From positions 5,146-69,145 of the forward strand of contig CAMAXK010000006.1 in assembly GCA_945862365.1 (NCBI GenBank): 64,000 bases of DNA. The letters are read 5' to 3'. Position numbers and translations under genes: made by a program. Under the pieces are notes generated by a model, which was not told the origin of the DNA, searched no databases, and saw only the letters and a list, made by a program, of their open reading frames with translations. Each line of letters starts with the position of its first letter. The first letter of the stretch is position 1. Below are positions 8,817 through 18,183 of this stretch, one piece after another. Source of the stretch: Chlamydia trachomatis (GTDB lineage Bacteria > Chlamydiota > Chlamydiia > Chlamydiales > 2-12-FULL-49-11).

Positions 8817-10673
8817 ATGAACATAGCAAGTATTCTTTTTGCAATTTTAGGATTAAGTTTTTTAATTTTTATACATGAACTCGGTCATTATCTAGTGGCA
8901 AAGCGCGCTGGTATGAAAATTGAAGTATTTAGCATAGGCATGGGTAAACCGATCTTTTCTTGGATGCAAAATGGAGTAAAGTGGCAGATTTGCTATTTGA
9001 TTTTTGGTGGATATGTAAAAATTTCTGGTATGGAAGGGGAAAATGGTAAAGAGCCTCATCAAATCAAGGAGGGCTTTTATAGTAAAAAGCCAATTTATAG
9101 ATTAGCAGTTGCTGGAGCTGGACCCCTTGTAAATATTACGTTTGCTTTACTTGTATTTTTTGGGATCTATCTTTGTGGAGGTCAAAATAAGCCTTTTTCA
9201 CAATTTACACATATTATTGGAAGGGTGGATACAAATTCATCCATTTATGCGGAAGGAATTCGTGCAGGAGATAAAATTGTTACCGTTGATGGTAAGCCTT
9301 ATACTGGCTTTAAAGATATTATCATTCAAGGTATGCTCAAGGGCAAACACAGCGTAGATGTAGTATTTGAAAAGCAAAACAAGGAAATTGTTAAAACAAA
9401 GGCAGCTTTTTATACACCAGAGGGTAGTGATCCTACGCTTATGGTTCCAAATGAGTGGAAGAGTATGGGTGTATTATCTTCTGCCTCTTATGTTGTATCT
9501 TCTGGTTATATTGATGGGAAAAAAGAATTTGCACCCCTTGGAAATACCTCTTTTGAAAAGGGGGATAGAATTGTCTACGTAGATGGTAATATTATTTATT
9601 CTGTCTCTCAACTTTCAGATGTGATTAATCGTGATATTGCTTTAGTCACTGTGGATAGAAATGGTAAACATCTTCATTTACAAGTGCCAAGGGTTTTGCT
9701 TGGGGATCTAAAACTTTCTGAGGAGCAAAAAGATGCATTTGTTGATTATAAAAGACAAATGGATTTAGAAGGTGCCCTAGCAAGTACCTATTTCATCCCA
9801 TACTTTGTGAGCGATGGCTTATATGTTACCCAAGAGCTTTCATTTATTGAAGCAGAAGAGCGATTAAATACAAAAACTGAAAACTCCTTGATTAGGGGCG
9901 ATAAAATCATAGCTGTATCTGGAATAAAAGTGGATCATGCAGAAGATTTTTATAAGGCAATCTCTTCAAGAAAGTGTTTAGTCATGGTATCTAATGAGCA
10001 GATTAATAAAGTATTATGGAAAAATGGGGATGCAGAGTTTTTATCTGGATTAAATAGTGAAACTATTGCAGAAATGGAGGCTTCAATTGGCGATCCTGAG
10101 CTAAAAAATCTTGGATCATTTCGCTTTTTAGAGCCAACTGAACCGGTTAGTTTTAAACGATACTTAGAAAAGGCAAGCCCAGATAGTTTAGAGAAAATGA
10201 ACTTATCTTCAGATAAAGAAAATGTCACAAAGCTGATGGAGAAAAAAACTCTATTTTCTGGTGTAATGATCAAAGATGAAAATATCATTTATAATCCAGG
10301 CCCTTTTGCTCAAGCAAAAGATGTGTTTGCAGATATTTTATTTAGCTTAAAAGGCCTTTTTTCTGGTGCAATTAGCCCTAAGCATATGTCAGGGCCTGTG
10401 GGAATGGTAAAAATTGTTCACGATGGATCAAAAAGTAGTGCTTTAACTGGAATGTACTGGTTGGGTATGATTTCATTAAATTTAGGGTTTATGAATCTAT
10501 TGCCTATTCCTGTTCTTGATGGAGGACATATTTGTTTTACCATGTATGAAGTAATTACTAAAAAGCGGATCAGGGCTAAAACAATGCAGAAAATGGTACT
10601 TCCTTTTGTGGCATTAATCATCATCTTTTTTGCTTATGTGACATTTTATGATTTGATTAAAGTTTTTAGTTGA
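8817..10673 (+). CDS. rseP: Site-2 intramembrane zinc metalloprotease with PDZ domains (RseP/YaeL)
   Basis: HELGH, GGYVKI, AGAGP, NLLPIPVLDGG. Confidence 0.93.
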   Translation: MNIASILFAILGLSFLIFIHELGHYLVAKRAGMKIEVFSIGMGKPIFSWMQNGVKWQICYLIFGGYVKISGMEGENGKEPHQIKEGFYSKKPIYRLAVAGAGPLVNITFALLVFFGIYLCGGQNKPFSQFTHIIGRVDTNSSIYAEGIRAGDKIVTVDGKPYTGFKDIIIQGMLKGKHSVDVVFEKQNKEIVKTKAAFYTPEGSDPTLMVPNEWKSMGVLSSASYVVSSGYIDGKKEFAPLGNTSFEKGDRIVYVDGNIIYSVSQLSDVINRDIALVTVDRNGKHLHLQVPRVLLGDLKLSEEQKDAFVDYKRQMDLEGALASTYFIPYFVSDGLYVTQELSFIEAEERLNTKTENSLIRGDKIIAVSGIKVDHAEDFYKAISSRKCLVMVSNEQINKVLWKNGDAEFLSGLNSETIAEMEASIGDPELKNLGSFRFLEPTEPVSFKRYLEKASPDSLEKMNLSSDKENVTKLMEKKTLFSGVMIKDENIIYNPGPFAQAKDVFADILFSLKGLFSGAISPKHMSGPVGMVKIVHDGSKSSALTGMYWLGMISLNLGFMNLLPIPVLDGGHICFTMYEVITKKRIRAKTMQKMVLPFVALIIIFFAYVTFYDLIKVFS

Positions 10674-10727
10674 TTTTTCTAAGAGCCATCGCTATGGTAG
10701 GTAAAGTAATATTTACTACCATTTTTT

Positions 10728-11213
10728 ATGCTACGAAGAATTATTTCTATCAGTTTATACCTTATATTTTGCAATCTTAATTGCAAAGGGCTTACAATTG
10801 ATTTAGAAGCAGAGTTTCCTGATAAGTCAACCATTTCTGTTTTTTATTTTGATCAGGTACAGAACTTTTCTATGAAAGAGATGCTTGTTGGAGTTGAAAA
10901 AGATCATGTTTGTGATGTGATTTTTTATTCAAATACCAAACAACCTGTTGAGCTTATCCTCTCTTCCAAAGATAAAAAAGATTCATTTTTCTGTTTTATG
11001 AATCAGGAGAAAAAAATTCCATTTTATTTAATTAAAAAAAGCACAAAAGAACAGGTGTTTAATGGAAGTACAATTTATTCAAGCACAAATAGTAAAGAGC
11101 CGATCAATACCGTTATTTCATTAGGAATTTGTATTCCGAGTGTTGAAAAAACTATGGTAACAGGGGGCGATTTTTCTACTTTCTTCACTATTAATTTAAA
11201 ACCTTTAGGTTAG
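10728..11213 (+). CDS. Exported pilin-like subunit
   Basis: Signal peptide; 161 aa; C-terminal GGDFSTFFTINL resembles the G-x-Y-x-x-x-L-T-V terminal strand of chaperone-usher pilins; first gene of the cluster. Confidence 0.55.
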   Translation: MLRRIISISLYLIFCNLNCKGLTIDLEAEFPDKSTISVFYFDQVQNFSMKEMLVGVEKDHVCDVIFYSNTKQPVELILSSKDKKDSFFCFMNQEKKIPFYLIKKSTKEQVFNGSTIYSSTNSKEPINTVISLGICIPSVEKTMVTGGDFSTFFTINLKPLG

Positions 11214-11215
11214 GG

Positions 11216-11974
11216 ATGATTATTATGAGATTAAAATTTATTATGTTAAATCTTTTTATCGTGAACGGATTTGCGCTCTCTATTTCTCCAATAAATCTTG
11301 AAATAGATCATGCAAAAGGTCAGGGATATTACACACTGATAAATGATGATGTATCTCAAAAAGTTATTGGTATTACCACTAAATCAAGAGAGATAGATAT
11401 AGATGGTGTAAGTCATTATGAGCCTACAAAAGATTTAATCGTTTACCCTAAACAGGTTGTGTTAAAACCTAAAGAAAAGCGATTGATACGAGTAATATTT
11501 AAAGGAAATAACAACTTTGATGCTGAAAAGGCCTATCGCATTACTTTTGCTGAAAAAAATATTAGCATTGATTTTGATGAGAAAAACTTAGGAGAGGGGA
11601 AAAGAGCTGCTGGGGTTTCTTTTGGTGTAAGATTTGATGGTACAGTGTTTGTTCAACCAAAAAAAGCGGCTGTCGCTAAAATTGAGGTAACCTCGTATGA
11701 TCGAAAAAAAGTGGAAGGGGAGGATTTCTTCATTGTTAAATTGCAAAATAAAGGGACAAAGCACCGCCACATAAATACTAAGGATTTAGAGTTAGAGCTA
11801 CTGATTCCAACTGCAGAAAAAAAAGATAAATGGCATCTTTTATCAGAGGATTTGCTTGTAAAGCATGTTGGTGGTTCGATGTTGCTTCTTGCAGGCGGAG
11901 AGCGTGAAATTAAAATACCAGTTCATGAAAATCAAATACCATCTACTGTTTTAGGTGTAAGAATTACGGAATAA
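11216..11974 (+). CDS. Periplasmic pilus assembly chaperone (PapD/EcpB/CsuC-like)
   Basis: Signal peptide, then ISPINLEI...LIVYPKQVVLKPKEKRLIRV...EKAYRITFAE...LQNKGTKH...LLAGGEREI. Confidence 0.8.
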   Translation: MIIMRLKFIMLNLFIVNGFALSISPINLEIDHAKGQGYYTLINDDVSQKVIGITTKSREIDIDGVSHYEPTKDLIVYPKQVVLKPKEKRLIRVIFKGNNNFDAEKAYRITFAEKNISIDFDEKNLGEGKRAAGVSFGVRFDGTVFVQPKKAAVAKIEVTSYDRKKVEGEDFFIVKLQNKGTKHRHINTKDLELELLIPTAEKKDKWHLLSEDLLVKHVGGSMLLLAGGEREIKIPVHENQIPSTVLGVRITE

Positions 11975-11975
11975 A

Positions 11976-14444
11976 ATGCTTCATTTTATTTTACTATTAC
12001 TTGTGGCTTCAAAAGGGCTTTTATTTTCGATGAACATCGAAATAGAGGTGCCATTGTACTTTAACAATTCCCCTTATAAAAATATTAATATTTATATTGA
12101 TGATGATAGCTCAGAAATTTTATTAGATAACGACTCTTTATATAAAGCTGTAGAAGATGAGCTCACCATTGAAGGGATGAAGTGTTTTGAAAGTTTTCTC
12201 AGTAATATAACAGTTATGTATGAAAACACTCCTATTGTTGATGAAAATTACAAAATCACCTTTTCTACAGTAAATCAAAGTATCTATTTAGAGGTTGCGC
12301 TACATCTTTTGCGTAGAAAGTATTCAGATGTGAGAAGACCAAAAGTTGCAGGTTATGCCCATGGTGGAAAAAAAATTAAGCCTGAGAATTTTAGCGGCTA
12401 TTTAAATGTTGAGGCAGGTGTAAGAAATCGACATAATTTTATCAATAATTTTAATCCTAGTGGAATTTCTAGTTTTGGTAATTTTAACTGCTGCGTTCAT
12501 TATAAGGATACAATTTTAACAGGGTTTGGATATTTTTTAGCCAATAATACTTTAGGTATAAATCCAGGTAATGCTGTCCTTACCAAGCAGTTTAGAGAAA
12601 GTCGTTCAAGCTTTTCCTTAGGTTCGATTAATCCATTAGGTATATCATTTCAAGGTTCCTCCCCCTTAATAGGGATAAACATATCCAAAGATAGTCAGCT
12701 ATTTACAGATCCAACAGTAGGGGCAATGAGCAGGCATGATATTTTTCTCAACGCTCCATCTGAAGTACGTATTATTGTAAATGGTATAGATGTAAATAGG
12801 CTCGATCTTCCTGCAGGAAATCATACCTTGCAAAATTTTCCACTCGCACAAGGGTTAAATAATGTGGTGTTAAAAATTACAGGTGCCACAGGTGAGGAAA
12901 GGGAGGTGGATTTAAGCATGTTTTATAACCCCTCCTTAAAGAAAGTTGGAGAGATTGAAACAAATATTTCGATCGGGATCCCTGCTTATAACGTTACTAA
13001 AGGGGCAGATGGATTTTATCAGATGGACCCCTCGTTTGCCGCTACTGGGTATTTAAAAGGAGGAGTATTTAACTACCTTACCCTTGGTGGTTATTTTCAG
13101 CTGATGCAAAAAAATTATTTCACAGGAATTCAAGGCGTTGTGGCAAATCCTTACATAAAATCCATTATTGAGTGTGGGTTAAGTGGTAAACCAGATTTTT
13201 CTCCAAATTATAAACTTAGGGTAGCACTTTTACAATCAGATACAATGCGCCTTCCCTTTTCCTGGAGCATGGTCTTTGAAAACAGTCAACCAGGGTTTCG
13301 CTATTTTGGGGGAAATAATATCCCAGAGAATTTATCCTACCAATTTAGTGGATCCATGGGATTTAACGGTCTTAAAGCAATTTCCATAAACGTTACAGGT
13401 CAGTATGGGGTATTTTTTGATGTGGGACATAAATACAGCATTCAAAGCACTCTTTCGATTAGGCCAAGAAGCTGGCTCAGTCTTCGCGGGATGATACGCT
13501 ATGATGCATCTGATGCCGCGGCTGGAAAAGTTGAAACAGCAATAAATTTTGATTTAACCCCAAAGTATAAAGATATAGGAACTAAGACCATCTACAATAC
13601 AAAGCAAAAGGCAGTATCATCGGTTGTGATGTATAATAAGGCACTTGGCGGCAATCGATCGATCTATGGAAGTGTGGGTTATAACGACGCTCCAGGATCA
13701 GGTCAAGCTGAAGGACAGCTCACCTATGAGGGGTCAATGGCAAGAATCAGTGGTTCACAACAACTTTATAAAAATAGTTCAAATGTAGTAGATAGTACAG
13801 TTGCAGTTACAAATATTAATGCGGGAACGGCCCTTGTATTTGCAGGAACAACCGCTGCTATCTCTCGACCTTTAAGGGAGAGTTTTGTGGTGATCAAACC
13901 GAATAAGTATATGAAAGGAAACCAGGTGGTTGTAAATCCTTCTAAAGATCGGTATTTAGCAAAAGCCTCTTACTATAAACCATCTGTTATCCCTTTACAC
14001 TCATACTCAGAATCAGATATTTCTATGATCATGGAAGATGGATCATATGGCGGAGAATTTGAAGATACTTCGTATCATCTAACTACCTTAAATAGATCGG
14101 GCAGTGTTGTTGAAGTAGGTAGTCCTTCCACCTATATTGTAGAAGGTGTAATGTATACAGATGGTAATCTCTTGCAAGAGGTTACAGGGATGTTTATCTC
14201 TAATTTTACTGTAAATGGCAAAACATTGCAGGTGAAGTTTTTTACAGATGAGGAAGGTGTTTTTCAAATAGGAAAAATTGTACCAGGTTCTTATACGATT
14301 GCTTTTGTGGATCAAAGTTTGATACCTTTAGAAAATTTTGAAATTAAAGTTGATGGGGATGCTACTAATTATATCCATGTAGGGGATATCTTCGTAAAAG
14401 CAAAGGTAGAGATGAATAAAATGGAGTATCGAAAAATTGAATAA
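11976..14444 (+). CDS. Fimbrial biogenesis outer-membrane usher
   Basis: 822 aa with signal peptide; IFLNAPSEVRIIVNG..LDLPAGNHTLQNFPLAQGLNNVVLKITGATG plug region; AISRPLRESFVVI; C-terminal FFTDEEGVFQI..IVPGSYTI. Confidence 0.8.
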   Translation: MLHFILLLLVASKGLLFSMNIEIEVPLYFNNSPYKNINIYIDDDSSEILLDNDSLYKAVEDELTIEGMKCFESFLSNITVMYENTPIVDENYKITFSTVNQSIYLEVALHLLRRKYSDVRRPKVAGYAHGGKKIKPENFSGYLNVEAGVRNRHNFINNFNPSGISSFGNFNCCVHYKDTILTGFGYFLANNTLGINPGNAVLTKQFRESRSSFSLGSINPLGISFQGSSPLIGINISKDSQLFTDPTVGAMSRHDIFLNAPSEVRIIVNGIDVNRLDLPAGNHTLQNFPLAQGLNNVVLKITGATGEEREVDLSMFYNPSLKKVGEIETNISIGIPAYNVTKGADGFYQMDPSFAATGYLKGGVFNYLTLGGYFQLMQKNYFTGIQGVVANPYIKSIIECGLSGKPDFSPNYKLRVALLQSDTMRLPFSWSMVFENSQPGFRYFGGNNIPENLSYQFSGSMGFNGLKAISINVTGQYGVFFDVGHKYSIQSTLSIRPRSWLSLRGMIRYDASDAAAGKVETAINFDLTPKYKDIGTKTIYNTKQKAVSSVVMYNKALGGNRSIYGSVGYNDAPGSGQAEGQLTYEGSMARISGSQQLYKNSSNVVDSTVAVTNINAGTALVFAGTTAAISRPLRESFVVIKPNKYMKGNQVVVNPSKDRYLAKASYYKPSVIPLHSYSESDISMIMEDGSYGGEFEDTSYHLTTLNRSGSVVEVGSPSTYIVEGVMYTDGNLLQEVTGMFISNFTVNGKTLQVKFFTDEEGVFQIGKIVPGSYTIAFVDQSLIPLENFEIKVDGDATNYIHVGDIFVKAKVEMNKMEYRKIE

Positions 14445-15264
14445 ATGTTATTTATTGTTATTTAGTCTAGTTTCTTTATCGGCCATTGAAATTGCGGTTA
14501 AAGATGCCCTTGTAGAATTTGATGAGGCAAGTTATAAAATAGCTAAGGAGGATTTTCAGTATGGAAATCTCTTATTTTCTGTAACCTCTAGAGATGAGCC
14601 GTCGAATTATCGTCTATTTATAGATAAACCAAATGGCATTTTTTCTTATGGGTTTAATCAAATTGAATATCAGTTGATCGATGGTGATAATGCAAGTTTT
14701 CATACTAATGAAAATGAGGGGTTAAAAAAACTATCCCTTAGAATTTCACTTCCTGCTGGAAGAGTTCTAGCCCCTGGTACCTATACAACACAAATACCTA
14801 TTAAAATTATGAAGAATCAAGAGGTTGTCTTAGAGGAAGAGATCACCGCATTTTTTCCAGTAGAAGAGCAGCTTGAGGCTAATGTTCTAGTTGATGGGCA
14901 GTTATCTTCAGATGAAGGGGTAAGATTATTGTTTGGAACCATTGATGGCAAGGTTGAAAAGATGATCACCCTTACTATTAAAGCAAATATGAATATAACT
15001 GTTTCAGCAGTATCTAAAAATCACGGCCGCTTAGTTCTTGAAGGGGAAGAAGATGATTTTAATCCAGCTTTTATCCCTTATTTGATACAAAGCAGAGGAG
15101 CTTTCCATTCTTTGAGCTCTGAGGTGGAGCTTTTTAAAGAACCATTTTCCCCAAATAAAAAAGAGCTATTTTCCTCAATTAAGTTCCTATTAAGTCCAGA
15201 TGTTCATAAAACATTTCATGGAAAGTATAGAGATCAGGTATATATAACCATCTCATCTTTATAA
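14437..15264 (+). CDS. Two-domain pilin or tip-adhesin-like exported protein
   Basis: Signal peptide; two domains ending APGTYTTQIPIKI and HGKYRDQVYITIS (spore-coat-U/Csu-type terminal strands). Confidence 0.6.
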   Translation: MNKCYLLLFSLVSLSAIEIAVKDALVEFDEASYKIAKEDFQYGNLLFSVTSRDEPSNYRLFIDKPNGIFSYGFNQIEYQLIDGDNASFHTNENEGLKKLSLRISLPAGRVLAPGTYTTQIPIKIMKNQEVVLEEEITAFFPVEEQLEANVLVDGQLSSDEGVRLLFGTIDGKVEKMITLTIKANMNITVSAVSKNHGRLVLEGEEDDFNPAFIPYLIQSRGAFHSLSSEVELFKEPFSPNKKELFSSIKFLLSPDVHKTFHGKYRDQVYITISSL

Positions 15265-15333
15265 TATCTTTATTTTAATTATCGAGTATGTTAATTATGA
15301 GATAAAATAAAAATAAAAAGAGATAATACCATT

Positions 15334-18126
15334 TTGATCAAGAATATAAGTATCAGCCTAGCGCTATTTCAAACTCTATTATGGTCGCTTCCGAGTGGAT
15401 CAACAGTTGTATCAGGTGGGGCAACTGTGACAACTGCTACCAAAACAGTTTCTGTGTCTACAACTAATGAAACAAATGTGATTAACTGGACAAATTTTAA
15501 TATCGCTGCAGATGAGTCAGTTACATTTTCAAGAACTGGCGCTAATGTAAATGATACCTATCATGTCTTTAACCTAGTAACCGGATCTTCAGCAACTACA
15601 ATACAGGGCGGGGTTTTTGGTGGAAATAACTGTAAATTTTACCTTGTAAATCCAAATGGTGTGATTATTGACTCTACCGGTCAAATTGTATCTGGAGGGG
15701 TATTTATTTCAGGGTTAAATTTATCTGGATCTTTTCAGCCAGATATGAACTTAACATTTACTGGTACTGGTACGGTAAGTTTTTCAGGGACAGCAACAGC
15801 GACTAATGGTGATGCTATTTTTTTAGGATACAGAGTGACAACCTCTTCAGCCTCTTCTGTAAACGCAAGTAATACAGCGGTTTTAGCCGCTGGTACAGAT
15901 TTAATATTTCAGCCTGCCAATGAGGAAAGAATTTATATCCAAACAGCAGGAAGTCCCTCCACAGGAACGGGGGTAAATCATTCAGGTTCAATGTCAGCAA
16001 GTTCTGTGATGATGAAGGCAGATGGAAATATCTATTCTTTGGCGATTAATCATTCAGGAGTGATTAGTGCCTCAAGTTGTAGCAGTAGCGGTGGAAAAAT
16101 TAAACTGATTGCCGATCCTAAAACCAACGCAAAAGGTGCTGTAGAAATATCTGGAAGTATCACAAGAGGATGTAGCTCTGGGACCGGACCCACGGTTGAA
16201 ATTTATGGTCATTCTATTGCCCTTTTATCTGGATCTTCTATTAATACGGCAGGAATTACTGGTGGGGCAGTAACAATTGGTACAACTACTACCTATCCAT
16301 CGGCAAGTGTCTATTTTGACCCTAGTGCCACTATTACAACTACTGGGACAACTGGTAATGGCGGGGCAGTCTCTATGATTGGCAGCACCTCTTTACTATA
16401 CTTAGGAACAACCAATACTTCTACCTCATCAACGGGAAATGGAGGAAATATTACTATTACCTCTACTGGTTATTTAGGAGTAAATGGTTCAGCAAATTTA
16501 GGCTCTACTTCTGGTTCTAAAGGAAGTTTTACAGCTACTGGTTCGACCATAAAAGTAGGCGATCCAGCCAATTATGGAACAAATTTTACTCCTCCAAATT
16601 ATACAAGTTCAAGTGTTGATTCAGTATTTACCAAAACCTCCTTGGAACAAATTTTAGGTAGTGGTTCTGTAAATATTGTGGGTACAGATATAGATCTTTT
16701 AACCAATGATATTACCTGGTCTTCAGGGTGTAGATTAAGTTTGACGGCATCTGATCAAATAGATATCGCTAAGTTATTTACAATGACAGGCAGCGGATTT
16801 GATGGTACGACGCTCTTTAGTATGACAGCTCCAATTATTAATATTACAGCCGCATCTACCGTGGGAGTTCACCTCACAAGTGGAGATATTACTGTAAATG
16901 CTTCGAATATACTTTTATTGACAGGGGCCCCTTCTGGATTTTCTTATATTCGAACAGATGATGGGGATATTGCTATCCACTTTGGTAATTATCTTAATAT
17001 GAGGGGATCAGGGGGAGAGGCAAGGATTTCAGCAGAAAATGTGACAATCAACGGACTATCTTCAGGGGTAGGGGATGTATCGTTAAGAGGTGAGTCGTGT
17101 GGATCAGCTTATATTATTGGTACTGAATCTGTGATTATTGGAACAACCACATCTGTTGATGATGTAGAGGTAATTGCAGGAGGATGCGGCTCATCTTTGA
17201 TCACCTATATTTCAGGTGGATCGGTCACTATGAATATAAGTGGTGATTTAACTGTGGAAGGAGGGGAATCGGGGTCGGGAAATATTGCTCAGATTATTAC
17301 ACCAAACGGCACTCAAAAAGATATAAGAATCACAGCAGATAACGTCTATATAAATGCAGGAGCGGCTGGTACAAATAATAGTGCAATTATAATCAATAAC
17401 TCCAATGATGGAGCTTTAGTCATTACAACCACTAGAGATTTGCTCTTAAGTGCTGGCGGATCAGGTACTACAGGATCAATAGCCCAACTATTTTCTAAAT
17501 TAAATACCTTAACTGTGGGCAGAGATTTTTTACTTCAAGGTGGGGGTGGAATTGCTTCTTTAGCTTCGGTGTATGGATATAATGGTAATACAATTCACGT
17601 AACAGGGGATACCGGGATCTATAGTGGATCTGCTGCAAATACCCATGCAAAAATTGAAACTGAATATGGACATATTGCAATTACCTCGGGTGGAAGTATT
17701 TATATGTATACAGGTAACTCAATTCTGTCAGATGTTTATGTTACCTCAAATAACGGCAGTGTAAGTTTTACCGCAGCTCGAGATATTCGAATGAGAGGAA
17801 ATTGTACCATTCCAAATAAATCCTACATTTATTCAAACGGAACAGGGGATGTGGCTTTAAGTGCAGTACATGATATCACCCGAATAGGAAATACAGAGGT
17901 CACTGCAAAAGGATCGGGCTCATTTGCCGTGGCAAATGGAAATTATTCATTTGTAGGATGTAGCGGAAATGTAACTCCAGTTATTGCTGCTGCAGCTCCA
18001 TTTGACTACTATTATTATGATTTCCTTTACGAGCTGTTTTATAGATTAAACTACTTTACTTGGTATGATTGGTATTTATTCCATAGCACAGATTTTTGGG
18101 ATAGACACACCTACACCTCTTATTAA
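15334..18126 (+). CDS. Filamentous haemagglutinin N-terminal (TPS) domain beta-helical exoprotein
   Basis: Signal peptide, then LPSGSTVVSG, INWTNFNI, LVNPNGVII; G/S/T-rich repeats; aromatic C-terminal tail. Confidence 0.85.
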   Translation: MIKNISISLALFQTLLWSLPSGSTVVSGGATVTTATKTVSVSTTNETNVINWTNFNIAADESVTFSRTGANVNDTYHVFNLVTGSSATTIQGGVFGGNNCKFYLVNPNGVIIDSTGQIVSGGVFISGLNLSGSFQPDMNLTFTGTGTVSFSGTATATNGDAIFLGYRVTTSSASSVNASNTAVLAAGTDLIFQPANEERIYIQTAGSPSTGTGVNHSGSMSASSVMMKADGNIYSLAINHSGVISASSCSSSGGKIKLIADPKTNAKGAVEISGSITRGCSSGTGPTVEIYGHSIALLSGSSINTAGITGGAVTIGTTTTYPSASVYFDPSATITTTGTTGNGGAVSMIGSTSLLYLGTTNTSTSSTGNGGNITITSTGYLGVNGSANLGSTSGSKGSFTATGSTIKVGDPANYGTNFTPPNYTSSSVDSVFTKTSLEQILGSGSVNIVGTDIDLLTNDITWSSGCRLSLTASDQIDIAKLFTMTGSGFDGTTLFSMTAPIINITAASTVGVHLTSGDITVNASNILLLTGAPSGFSYIRTDDGDIAIHFGNYLNMRGSGGEARISAENVTINGLSSGVGDVSLRGESCGSAYIIGTESVIIGTTTSVDDVEVIAGGCGSSLITYISGGSVTMNISGDLTVEGGESGSGNIAQIITPNGTQKDIRITADNVYINAGAAGTNNSAIIINNSNDGALVITTTRDLLLSAGGSGTTGSIAQLFSKLNTLTVGRDFLLQGGGGIASLASVYGYNGNTIHVTGDTGIYSGSAANTHAKIETEYGHIAITSGGSIYMYTGNSILSDVYVTSNNGSVSFTAARDIRMRGNCTIPNKSYIYSNGTGDVALSAVHDITRIGNTEVTAKGSGSFAVANGNYSFVGCSGNVTPVIAAAAPFDYYYYDFLYELFYRLNYFTWYDWYLFHSTDFWDRHTYTSY

Positions 18127-18131
18127 CTCAT

Positions 18132-18167
18132 AAAAAAAAGCCTATCCCCTAAGAGATAGGCTTTTTT
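18132..18167. terminator. Bidirectional terminator between the FHA-like gene and dnaK
   Basis: aaaaaaaa-gcctatc-ccctaaga-gataggc-tttttt. Confidence 0.85.
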
Positions 18168-18183
18168 GTTAGGAGGTCAAAAA

